Virus record (IMG/VR): IMGVR_UViG_3300014208_000023
Coordinates: 128,001-192,000 of that record
Origin: a virus
Lineage: Duplodnaviria > Caudoviricetes
DNA: 64,000 nucleotides
Strand: one strand, 5' to 3'
Positions 18,708 to 28,448 of this stretch are shown piece by piece. A program made the translations under genes and the position numbers. Under the pieces are notes generated by a model that saw only the letters and a list, made by a program, of their open reading frames with translations, was not told where the DNA came from and did not search any database. Numbering within the stretch: position 1 is the stretch's first letter; every line of letters starts with the position of its first letter.

Positions 18708-21700
18708 TTAACGAGATTCCTGATTTACAATAATATCATTTGCAGAAAAGAACTGATCCGCTTCAGCAACAAGAGATAGCTTCTGCCCAACTACTCCATT
18801 TTTATTGAAATAAATAATACGAGCCCGATCAACACCATCAACTCCTTGTGCTGCCACTGCTAGGTCAGAAGCATTTATTACATCTCCCAATGTTCCAGTA
18901 TTGATTGCGCTTGTTATTCTATCTTTTGTATTTTGTTTAACTATTGCAGCAGAGCTATTGAATTCTGTTTTGATAACTATATTTAGCGTAGCATTAACTA
19001 GAACCTCTTTAGCCTCTCTAACCAGTACATCGGCATTTATTGGTCTAGAAGACTCTATTGCAAATGTGGTATCAGCAATGACTTGGTTAAAATTGCTTCT
19101 AATCAAAATTCTCTCATTTTGCTTTGGCGCAAGATAATCATAAAATGCTCTATATCTTGATCCGGTTGTTGGTTGAGTAAAAAATGAAATTGTAAATCTA
19201 GCAGATTGAGAAGAATTAAATCCGCTGGATACATATAGTTTATTCAATAAAGCAAATTTCTTATTAGTATATAGCGTACCATTTCTTGTAAAATATATAT
19301 TTTCAGAATCACCATCAGTAGCATACACAAAACTAACTCTTAACTTATCTCCTATTATTGGGGCCGAAGCAACGTTTGCGACCGTAGATGGTAAAATAAA
19401 ATCCATTTTTGATAACGAAGAGTTTATATTCATAATGTTTGAATATAGTAGGTCATTATAAATTTCAGTTCCAGCTACGTCATATGTAATGGCTGATGAT
19501 AATACTTGATCGTCAGTAGTAGTTAATACTTTTTCTACCTTTAAAACTCTAACTACAGATTTATCAGAACCTATTACTGATGTAGATGCTGCTCCCAAAA
19601 ATGTTTTCATCGCCTCTAGCAGGTTTTGCTTTAATCCATTTTGGGTGGCGGTAAATATAATGTTAGAAACTTTTGTAGTTGTTGTACCGGTGGCAGTAAG
19701 AATGCCGCTATTAGTAAGCTGATCGGTTAGAGTTATAGCTAGTCTAGTTGGAGATTGTCTTAATGTTTTATTTCCAAATACAATAACGAGAACATTATCT
19801 CCGGCTATAGCATTGGTTGAGCTAACCAAATTGAGCGTATTTGATGACATACTAGATGTGCTAGGCATCCATAAGTCTTTATTGTCTAGTAATCTAATTA
19901 CGCTTATTTGATTGTTGGATACATAGCTGGTTAGCGGACTTATAATAATGCTGTTAGAATTAACATATTGAATAATATTAAATGTGCCATTATTGTTTAT
20001 GTTGGCAGCATTAGATATTATTATCTGCTTTGATTTTATCTGTGATATTGTGGAAAAGTTTATACTGATACTATCAAAGGTAATGCTTTCAGAACTAACG
20101 CTAGAGATATAACCATCTGTGGCTGATGAAATAACCAATCCAGTAGTAGGATCTATTATTTCAAACTTTAGCCCAGTTGCGCTTGTAAAATTATTTAGTG
20201 GGCAGTATAGGTTGTTTGTAGAAAAATTATAGCTTAATGGATGTAAGTTATATTTTATAACTTCATTTGAAAATGTAAATGGTTGTCCGCGAGAAATATC
20301 AGTTGCCTTATAAACGACAATAACCTGATCTCCAACGGCTGGACCATTGAGCCCAGAGAAGGTTAAAACGTAGTTACTGCTTCCATCGACACTGACGGTT
20401 CCGTAACCATCACTATTCCAGTATTCTTTACCAGAAACTATATTCATTACGGTAATGACATTAGCGGCGGTTAGAGAATACTGCGTCGATAATAGACTTA
20501 ATGTTACATAAAAATTATTAGATACATCCTTTTGAACAGTTTGGTTCTGCCTGCTTATACAATTTGAGATTACGGTATTTTTACTTCCAGTATTTGTTCC
20601 TAAAACAAATCCATTACCGTCTCTGCTAATTGGTAGGTTAGTTACACTGAATGCCAATAAATCTTGCGATGATGAAACATAAGTCACAAGAAGATTTATT
20701 TGAGATGGAGTTCCAGTAATATTTCCTGATGGAACAGTCATATCACCAGAGATAAAACTTCCATTGGAATTTGTCACATTAAATACATCAATAGAGTTAT
20801 ATATTATAATAACATTATCACCTATGATCGCTTCTGTATCAGTAGGAAGAATAATACTTACATTATATTTTATATCAATACCAACTGCGACTCTATTATT
20901 TAGAAATAGCCCATCAGAAGATGCTGTTGAATATAATTCTTTTTCAGTATTAGTTAATTTAATACCGGATACACTATCTATTTGAGCATCTATTGCCGAT
21001 AGGCTTATAGCAAGACGATCAGAGAAATTTATTACTGTGCTGGCTTCCACCGTGCCAACAATTACATTGTAGGTGTTAGCAGATATTACCGAAGATATTG
21101 GTAGAGATGAGCTTCCAGTATAAAATGTGTTATCAGCATTTAGTCTAAATAGAACTTTTTCTGTTCTAACGGAATTAGATAGCCCCCAGTCAATGCTATC
21201 TACACTGCTTCTGGGATTGTTGGTAAGTAGCTTACCATCATAATCGCTAAACGCATCATAATCAATAATCCAAGTATAATCTACCTGAAGTATATCGCTT
21301 GCTGATGGTAGAGTATTTCCGCTAATCTGTATTCTTCCAGAATTATTGAATGGCGTTCCGTTGTCAAGATTCTGATTGGTTACCGTATAACGCTCTCCAG
21401 TATTTGAATTAAGAACCCTGCTAACGTTACTACAAGGAGTATGTAGTAATTGAACTATTGACCTGTCAGAGTTTAATACTGTGCTATTTTCATTATTGAC
21501 TGGAACATTTTGCTGTATGGTTGGTATTTCAATTACATCGGTGAATGTAGCCGCGTCCTGACCATTAAATTGAGCTTTGATAATATCTTCTTGAAAATCA
21601 GATACCCTATCACTTACCCAGACAAATGTATCTCTAGCCCAATTGCTTCCGGCATAAGCACCAGTATCTTTTACAAGATCATAGTTACCAGTAACACGAC

Positions 21701-22778
21701 CCAATGAATCTACTGATTTTGGAATAAAATTTCCACCGCTTAACGATCCGGTTACTTCTAAAAGATCTTTTATTGGTTGAGAAGGCACAATGCCAGCAGC
21801 AATATTGTCTATTCTCTTACGAGTTATAGTTTTGTTTTCGTCACCAGTAATTTGACCTAAAACAACATCATTAGCAGTATTTGTAGGATCATTACTATTA
21901 CTTTTATCTCTATAAATAAAGGTATCAATATTTTCATTAGTATTGCTTCCAAGGACAACAACATCTACTTTGCCGCCAGTTCCTTCAGACACTATGCTTT
22001 TGGTTTCGTCTTCAGCAGTTTTTACTATTGTTCCGTCACGCGTCATGAGAACATCGCCAGGACTAATAACTAAAGCATCCTGCACTGCCGAATTAGTTAG
22101 CGCTGTATTTTTATATCCAAGAGCTGTTCCTATATTGGATCCGCTAAATATAGCCAACACTCTGTTTCTATATGACGTATCATCTTCTTGATTTGCTCCG
22201 CCTTGAAAAGCGAATACATTAGTTACATTAGATACTCCTGGGATTGAAGTTCTAACTAGACTGTATTTTGATATATTTCCCTGCGCTCCTGGAACACTGG
22301 CCCTAACCGATACCTCTACCGCAAATGGGTCTGTAATATTTAAAAAGTTTAGGTCATTTTGATATTTAGTAGCTATTGAGCGATAGTAATTGCTTTTAGA
22401 TGAATCAACGCTGAATCCATTTGTAACAACAAAGTTAGATCCATTTTGAGCGGAAATAGAATCGCCCGAATTAACTGCTACATTGGCCGGAAGAGAACTA
22501 AATGTCAATAAGGCTATACCAGTAGATGATGATGCAGTTTTTTTGGTGGCTCCAAGATTCTGCCCTAATTTCTCTAAATCAGATCCCGAAACTAATCGTA
22601 ATGATTGAAGATTTGAAATTGCCGCAACTTCATCATGAAGAAGGGCTATTTGACTGCCTGGAGCATCTATGAATAGATCTCGGGCAACAGTACCATCTTT
22701 GGTATCCAAATCAGGCTGAGAAGCCTTATAGTATTCTATAAGCTCTAGTACGATTTCATTAAGAGATTTAATAGCCAT
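18708..22778 (-). CDS. Baseplate J-like wedge protein (T4 gp6-like), greatly extended
   Basis: VRASVPGAQGNI...IPGVSNVTNVFAFQGGANQEDDTSYRNRV and C-terminal INASDLAVAAQGVDGVDRARI; follows the gp25-like gene. Confidence 0.88.
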   Translation of the reverse strand: MAIKSLNEIVLELIEYYKASQPDLDTKDGTVARDLFIDAPGSQIALLHDEVAAISNLQSLRLVSGSDLEKLGQNLGATKKTASSSTGIALLTFSSLPANVAVNSGDSISAQNGSNFVVTNGFSVDSSKSNYYRSIATKYQNDLNFLNITDPFAVEVSVRASVPGAQGNISKYSLVRTSIPGVSNVTNVFAFQGGANQEDDTSYRNRVLAIFSGSNIGTALGYKNTALTNSAVQDALVISPGDVLMTRDGTIVKTAEDETKSIVSEGTGGKVDVVVLGSNTNENIDTFIYRDKSNSNDPTNTANDVVLGQITGDENKTITRKRIDNIAAGIVPSQPIKDLLEVTGSLSGGNFIPKSVDSLGRVTGNYDLVKDTGAYAGSNWARDTFVWVSDRVSDFQEDIIKAQFNGQDAATFTDVIEIPTIQQNVPVNNENSTVLNSDRSIVQLLHTPCSNVSRVLNSNTGERYTVTNQNLDNGTPFNNSGRIQISGNTLPSASDILQVDYTWIIDYDAFSDYDGKLLTNNPRSSVDSIDWGLSNSVRTEKVLFRLNADNTFYTGSSSLPISSVISANTYNVIVGTVEASTVINFSDRLAISLSAIDAQIDSVSGIKLTNTEKELYSTASSDGLFLNNRVAVGIDIKYNVSIILPTDTEAIIGDNVIIIYNSIDVFNVTNSNGSFISGDMTVPSGNITGTPSQINLLVTYVSSSQDLLAFSVTNLPISRDGNGFVLGTNTGSKNTVISNCISRQNQTVQKDVSNNFYVTLSLLSTQYSLTAANVITVMNIVSGKEYWNSDGYGTVSVDGSSNYVLTFSGLNGPAVGDQVIVVYKATDISRGQPFTFSNEVIKYNLHPLSYNFSTNNLYCPLNNFTSATGLKFEIIDPTTGLVISSATDGYISSVSSESITFDSISINFSTISQIKSKQIIISNAANINNNGTFNIIQYVNSNSIIISPLTSYVSNNQISVIRLLDNKDLWMPSTSSMSSNTLNLVSSTNAIAGDNVLVIVFGNKTLRQSPTRLAITLTDQLTNSGILTATGTTTTKVSNIIFTATQNGLKQNLLEAMKTFLGAASTSVIGSDKSVVRVLKVEKVLTTTDDQVLSSAITYDVAGTEIYNDLLYSNIMNINSSLSKMDFILPSTVANVASAPIIGDKLRVSFVYATDGDSENIYFTRNGTLYTNKKFALLNKLYVSSGFNSSQSARFTISFFTQPTTGSRYRAFYDYLAPKQNERILIRSNFNQVIADTTFAIESSRPINADVLVREAKEVLVNATLNIVIKTEFNSSAAIVKQNTKDRITSAINTGTLGDVINASDLAVAAQGVDGVDRARIIYFNKNGVVGQKLSLVAEADQFFSANDIIVNQESR

Positions 22779-22784
22779 TGGTCC

Positions 22785-23210
22785 TTATTGTGGATTAAAA
22801 GAAACATTTACGGTTCCAAAAGCTTTTGTCAAGACTTTTATGAAAACTTTTAATACTCTCATGTCCTGGTCACTTCTTTGTATGGAGATCCCTTGAATAT
22901 ATGAAATTTGTTCATCTGCCGTCATTTTTTGACCCGTAGATGCTTGTAACGTTTGTAGCTCTTTTAATATATCTATTGCATTTTGTAATTGTGATTGGGC
23001 TACATTATCGGTTATTTCTCTTGGTAAAGGGCTTCCTATTAGGCTTGATGATACCATAGACCCATACCAGGAATGCAGTGGGTTAGCGCCAAGCTCTGTG
23101 GTGGCAATCTTAACAAGATCCTGTGCTAACTTGTCTTTTCCACGTAAAGTGGCCAAGTTACCGTTCTCGATCTTAAGATCTCCAGCCACGATTTTTAGGT
23201 CAAATGACAT
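22785..23210 (-). CDS. Baseplate wedge/sheath initiator, GPW/gp25 family
   Basis: 141 aa; GKDKLAQDLVKIATTELGANPLHSWYGS; directly upstream of baseplate J. Confidence 0.82.
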   Translation of the reverse strand: MSFDLKIVAGDLKIENGNLATLRGKDKLAQDLVKIATTELGANPLHSWYGSMVSSSLIGSPLPREITDNVAQSQLQNAIDILKELQTLQASTGQKMTADEQISYIQGISIQRSDQDMRVLKVFIKVLTKAFGTVNVSFNPQ

Positions 23211-23919
23211 TTAATTTGCCTCTACGATTTCCGTCTTGCAAATTCTTTTTTGATGAATATGGTCTTAAATTTTTCAGTTCCCAGCATTTTTTGAAATTTT
23301 CGTTAGCCATACTATCATATGGTAAAAGTGACTGCGGTATAATATGATCGATATTCCAAGTCCAAGTAGAAACGTCGTCATCATTCCAATTTTTGCTATA
23401 ATTACCATAATTACTCCAATTCATCCAATATTCAAATTTATTTTCAATATATAGTTTTAATTCATTTATTGAATAATCTAAATATGAAAGAATACTTTTT
23501 TTATTTTTGAAATTACCGGTAAAAAATAAATGAGCCCTTACTGCTCTTGATATATTTGAATGTAACCTATAATTATGGGATTTATATCTATTTTTAGATT
23601 GTTTTTTACGATTTTTAATTATTTTATCTTGATTATTTTTTGCATACTCTATTTGATAATTTTTACGACTAATTTTATATGATTCACTATCTTTAATGGC
23701 CAAATATCGTTCAGTAGATTGAGAAATTATTTTTTCTTTTTTAATTTCATAATATTTTTTATTGTATATATCAAAATATTGCTTTTGGCATAATTTACAC
23801 GTATGCCTATGGTATATTTTTGTATCGCTTACTTTTTTGACGACTGAAAAATCAGCAATACTGCGATTCGTAAGACATTTTCTACATATTCGCATACTTT
23901 TACTCAACCTAAACCTCAC
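23200..23919 (-). CDS. Putative HNH-type homing endonuclease with N-terminal CxxC zinc finger
   Basis: CRKC...CKLC and WNIDHIIP...CWELKNLRPYSSKKN. Lys/Tyr-rich, very AT-rich, overlaps the gp25-like start. Confidence 0.75.
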   Translation of the reverse strand: MRFRLSKSMRICRKCLTNRSIADFSVVKKVSDTKIYHRHTCKLCQKQYFDIYNKKYYEIKKEKIISQSTERYLAIKDSESYKISRKNYQIEYAKNNQDKIIKNRKKQSKNRYKSHNYRLHSNISRAVRAHLFFTGNFKNKKSILSYLDYSINELKLYIENKFEYWMNWSNYGNYSKNWNDDDVSTWTWNIDHIIPQSLLPYDSMANENFKKCWELKNLRPYSSKKNLQDGNRRGKLNVI

Positions 23920-23946
23920 GGTAATGCAATAAAATCGATATCCTGC

Positions 23947-25515
23947 CTAGGATGACGTAAATGCCTTACCATTGTATAATTGATTGAAATATAGCTGTAT
24001 TAGAGAATAAACGTCTTTTAGTTTAGACTCAAACTCTTTAAGTGATTCTATAACGTCTTCTGACCTAGAAATACCCGTAACATTTAGATTTGGTCTATGT
24101 TTTAGTAATCTATCGTAGGCCCTCGCGTCTATTAGGCCGGCCAGCTTATCGCGGTCCATTAGCCATAGCGCAGATTGAATGGCCACAATGTCTATTAATC
24201 CGAGACCGCTAAACTCTCCCATTATATATTCTATGTTTTGTAATGATGTTACCGCATCATTGCACGCATTCTTACGAAGAGCATTTAATTCGTCTAATTG
24301 GTCCTTAACGGATGTTTCAGTTACCTTATCTGCAGAAAAAACAATATCATCAATATTGGAAAACACAAAGCTTCCCTCATCTATCTTTTCTGATTTACCA
24401 AAATCAGAAGCAAAAGCAAAGTCATCTAATGATGATTTTGAGAATAAATCCAATATGTTACGCTCTAACTCTTGATTATTGTTATCTCTTTCTACTCCTT
24501 GAATACGAACTGTTCCCTCCATTCCCTGAATAGGATCTGGTATAGGCTGGAAATTTATAGTTTTTCGAGTATCAATTACTTCTTTAATACTTTTAACTAA
24601 AGTATTTATTAGTGCCCTCATAATTTTAAAATAATTATTGAAAACGGCAGCATCCGATGTTTGTAATTCTTTTTCTGGATTATGAGCTATTTTTAATAGG
24701 GTGGCATCAGTAACATTTTTATCTTTTTTAATGTCCTCAATAATCTGATTTATATTAACGCTGCTTTTTACTGTATTCTTATTGTTAAGGCGAACGCTTA
24801 TAACTCTTTCAATATAAGGTCTTTTATATGATGACTGGGCAAAACAAGCTAATTGAGAAAAATCGACTAAAAATGGAGCAGCAATAATATTTGTATCAGG
24901 ATAAACAACTATTCTGGGATCCACCACAAATGGCTTTAATGGATGAGTTGAGGATAATAATCCACTTGTTTTTAGAGCGCCAAATAAAGCTGTTTTATCA
25001 GAACTTACGCTATAAAATTTTGATAGCTCATTTATTCTATCATTTATGGTTTGAACTTGTGATTTATCAAAATCTAACGGATCGGTTTTTCCAAATTGAT
25101 TTTCGAAAGATCTAATATAAAGAGATCCTAATGCTACCGCTTTAGAATTGAATCCTCCTTCAGAAAATAATTTCGAATAAGTTTTAAAAACTGCTTCTCG
25201 TGGATTTAATTGTTGTGAGACAAAGTTCTTATTACCTACAACTCCTTGAGCTATTGTTTTATTATCAGTGGTTCCAACAGTATCCATATTTAGATTTACA
25301 TCGTAACCTGGACTAAAATATTCGAAATTATTTTTAACTACTGGAAAGCCAATCATTCTATAAAAAGCATTTACTCTAGACTCAAGGAAGCCATCGCCTT
25401 TAGTCTGGCTACGTATAGCATCAATCGGATCTAGTAGTGAAGATACTAGCTTCTCCATTTTAAGATCAAAAATGTCTTGGTTATCTTTATGGGACTCTTG
25501 CTGGGACGTAGCCAT
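23947..25515 (-). CDS. Hypothetical baseplate-operon protein
   Basis: 522 aa ORF tightly packed in the structural operon; no recognised motif. Confidence 0.6.
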   Translation of the reverse strand: MATSQQESHKDNQDIFDLKMEKLVSSLLDPIDAIRSQTKGDGFLESRVNAFYRMIGFPVVKNNFEYFSPGYDVNLNMDTVGTTDNKTIAQGVVGNKNFVSQQLNPREAVFKTYSKLFSEGGFNSKAVALGSLYIRSFENQFGKTDPLDFDKSQVQTINDRINELSKFYSVSSDKTALFGALKTSGLLSSTHPLKPFVVDPRIVVYPDTNIIAAPFLVDFSQLACFAQSSYKRPYIERVISVRLNNKNTVKSSVNINQIIEDIKKDKNVTDATLLKIAHNPEKELQTSDAAVFNNYFKIMRALINTLVKSIKEVIDTRKTINFQPIPDPIQGMEGTVRIQGVERDNNNQELERNILDLFSKSSLDDFAFASDFGKSEKIDEGSFVFSNIDDIVFSADKVTETSVKDQLDELNALRKNACNDAVTSLQNIEYIMGEFSGLGLIDIVAIQSALWLMDRDKLAGLIDARAYDRLLKHRPNLNVTGISRSEDVIESLKEFESKLKDVYSLIQLYFNQLYNGKAFTSS

Positions 25516-25518
25516 AAA

Positions 25519-27594
25519 CTATGCTCCTCTGCCAACATCTGTATCGGGGCGTCTTGGCGATCCCTCACCACCCTGAAGGAGTTGTGATTTGACGAATGTA
25601 TAGGCCAAGCTCTTCAATGAAAGAGACGGAGTTAATGCTAGATCGGTTGCATTATTGAGAATTCCAATGACACTATTTTCATAAGAAACTTGAACCTCTC
25701 CATTACCAGACTCATTACTAGTTATTTTGGCAATAAAATATTGTGAACCATCATATACGAACTCACTTATTTCGCCAAATGTAATAGTAGCGGATATTTT
25801 TGAGGCTATGGTGGCAGCAATATCAGGCGGAAGATTTACGGACATTGATGTTCCAGACGAATCGTTAAGAGAAACGGATACATCAACGCTTGAGGTAGTG
25901 AATTGAATCTCTGGTAGTGCTGAAAAATCACTCTTATAGGGATCATATCCGGCTGACACAGTAGCAACCAAGGCATCTGCTGCGCTTGAACGAAGGCTAC
26001 TTAAGCATGTTAATATGTCTTCTTTAAATTTTAGCGTACTTGCCGTAGATATTTTCTTTCTATAAGTAATAATTGCATCAGTTATACATTGTTGTGATGC
26101 CGCCATGTCCGGAAGCAATGCGACTATTCCAGCAAGCTTTGCTCCATTTGCATTAAATCTATCCCCAATAGTCGCAGCCAACCAATCACGTTCAGCGGCA
26201 ACTTCAGGAACACATCCTAAAGTAATTAAGCTGTGCGAAACTAATACTGGATGATTTATTGTAAATGTATATGTTATATTTGTAAAATATAATGCATCAT
26301 CAAAGACTGGAAGGGTTGCAGAATTAAATGTTGGATTATGAAGAAATTTATTTATAGTATATGGAAAACCATCATCAGGATTAATTATTGGAGTATCATC
26401 AAGTTCGGTGATAACTCCACCAATAAGATTTAATGTTCCATTAGTTGGAGCAACATAAGTGTTGCTATAATCAAGTAATCCTGCTGTTGGAGGCGCCTTT
26501 ACTATTACATTTTTTATCTTAACATATCTTGCCACTCCAACTCTACCAAAAGATGCTGGGGTATAAAAAACTTCAAAATTTATATAGTAAGGTGCTCCAG
26601 TATAATTTGTTTGTTCTGTATAATTTGTTCCTGCTGGAAAAAATACTGTTCCTGCGGCCTCTACGGGAAGATCCCATGCGCTAGTTATGTTTATAAATTT
26701 TTGGCTTTGTCCAAGCGTAGAATCATAAAACTGCCAACTTTCCTCTCTAACACTAGAGAAGAATGGAAACGGCAATCCGCCGTCAAGGCCTACGGCGCTT
26801 AAATATTGAAGATATCCACTAGTATTTACAATTGTTGTATTGTCTCTGATAAATTGCGGGCATACTTCTGGCGTACAGCAACCATCAGCACTACCATCAC
26901 CGCTATCGCAAGGAGGTATTCTAAAAGAAAGACTTGCTAATCCTTTAATGATTTGAAGTATAGTATTAAACACCGCAAATAAAATAAATAAGTTTTGTAG
27001 TAAGCAAAGCAAATCGCCAATTTTTTTAACGATAGCTATGATGCTATCATTATTAAGTGCCGTAGCTGCTTTAGATAGCAATACAAGATTTCTTATTATT
27101 GTCTCTATGATTTGAATTAATCTATTTATAATATATTCTATCAGCGCTATAATAAGCAATATCAAAGCAATAATCATTAAGAGTAATGCAAAGAATGGGA
27201 ATAGGGCCAAAAATTCTGGAATACAAACTCTGAAAAGTCTTCGCAGAGTTCTTATTAACTTAAATGGATTTGGAATAGAACAAAGAACTTCTATTATACA
27301 AAGAATTAGATTTAGAACTGGTAAGAAAAATTTATAGAGCATTAAAAATGGAAAGAATTTTTCCAATAAGCTCATTATACCGGCCATAACATCATTTAAA
27401 ACATCAGTATGAAATGCTGGCTTCATTAGGCCTGGAGGAAGCATCATTCCAAGAGAATCAAATAAATCCTGAAGATTATCCAGTGGAAGATCTGGAAAAG
27501 GAATTTCTAATGTTGGAAGATTAACAGATCCAAGACTAAATCCTGGTATAGATCCTGGCTCGAATGCATCTGAATCAAGAGGTATGCAGGGCAT
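25519..27594 (-). CDS. Hypothetical baseplate-operon protein with long hydrophobic N-terminal helices
   Basis: 691 aa; FFALLLMIIALILLIIALIEYII and adjacent hydrophobic helices; Cys cluster CDSGDGSADGCCTPEVCP. Confidence 0.6.
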   Translation of the reverse strand: MPCIPLDSDAFEPGSIPGFSLGSVNLPTLEIPFPDLPLDNLQDLFDSLGMMLPPGLMKPAFHTDVLNDVMAGIMSLLEKFFPFLMLYKFFLPVLNLILCIIEVLCSIPNPFKLIRTLRRLFRVCIPEFLALFPFFALLLMIIALILLIIALIEYIINRLIQIIETIIRNLVLLSKAATALNNDSIIAIVKKIGDLLCLLQNLFILFAVFNTILQIIKGLASLSFRIPPCDSGDGSADGCCTPEVCPQFIRDNTTIVNTSGYLQYLSAVGLDGGLPFPFFSSVREESWQFYDSTLGQSQKFINITSAWDLPVEAAGTVFFPAGTNYTEQTNYTGAPYYINFEVFYTPASFGRVGVARYVKIKNVIVKAPPTAGLLDYSNTYVAPTNGTLNLIGGVITELDDTPIINPDDGFPYTINKFLHNPTFNSATLPVFDDALYFTNITYTFTINHPVLVSHSLITLGCVPEVAAERDWLAATIGDRFNANGAKLAGIVALLPDMAASQQCITDAIITYRKKISTASTLKFKEDILTCLSSLRSSAADALVATVSAGYDPYKSDFSALPEIQFTTSSVDVSVSLNDSSGTSMSVNLPPDIAATIASKISATITFGEISEFVYDGSQYFIAKITSNESGNGEVQVSYENSVIGILNNATDLALTPSLSLKSLAYTFVKSQLLQGGEGSPRRPDTDVGRGA

Positions 27595-28421
27595 TATCTT
27601 CTATTACCATCTAAATAATTTTGTTTAGCGGAGTACGGCCGTAAATTAGAAAGATCCCAACATTTTTGGAATTCTTCGCATTCCATATCTTCATAGTGGA
27701 AAGTTGAGTGAGGAATTATATGATCTATTTGCCAGGCCCAGGTATTAGGGTCATTATCATTCCAGGTTTTAGAGTTATAAATACCATAATTATTTTTATT
27801 CATCCAAAATTCAAATTGATTTTCTATATGTAATTTAAGATCATTTATTGAATAGTTTAAATTTTTAAGAAAAGAATTTTTCTTATAATTGCCTTTAGAT
27901 TTTAGAGCACGCCTAATGCTTCTTGAAAAATTTTCTCGCAATTTAAAAGATAAGTTTTCTTTTCTATTTAATTTTGCTTTTTCTCTTCTTCGTTTTTTTA
28001 TTTCTTCTTTATTATTACCTCTATATTTTAGAGATCTTATTTTTTCTTTTATATTATTTTCTTTTCTATATTCCAAACCATAATTTAATGCGTCTTCTTT
28101 ATTATTATAATACCAATTTAAACTTATTTTTTTTCTTTTTTCTAAATTATTTAATATCCATTTATTTTTAGATTTTAAATCTTTTTCTTTTCTACAATTA
28201 TTGCAAAATTTAGTATTTCCATTTTTAATAATAATTATAGCGTTACATTTTTGGCACGATTTTTGCAAATTTATATTGTTTTTTTGTAAATACCACTCTC
28301 TTTTATGAGAGGCCACACAGACGTTACATATTGCGCAATGTTTTCCAGTATCAGTCCTCAATTTAAAGGAGCCAATATCTTTTTTTTCATTACATTTAGA
28401 GCAAATTTTATCGCCGAGCAT
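27594..28421 (-). CDS. Putative HNH-type homing endonuclease (paralog of 23200..23919)
   Basis: CSKC...CAIC...CQKC...CNNC and WQIDHIIP...CWDLSNLRPYSAKQNYLDGNRR. Confidence 0.75.
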   Translation of the reverse strand: MLGDKICSKCNEKKDIGSFKLRTDTGKHCAICNVCVASHKREWYLQKNNINLQKSCQKCNAIIIIKNGNTKFCNNCRKEKDLKSKNKWILNNLEKRKKISLNWYYNNKEDALNYGLEYRKENNIKEKIRSLKYRGNNKEEIKKRRREKAKLNRKENLSFKLRENFSRSIRRALKSKGNYKKNSFLKNLNYSINDLKLHIENQFEFWMNKNNYGIYNSKTWNDNDPNTWAWQIDHIIPHSTFHYEDMECEEFQKCWDLSNLRPYSAKQNYLDGNRR

Positions 28422-28448
28422 TCTACTATTATATATCCTAAAAAAATA

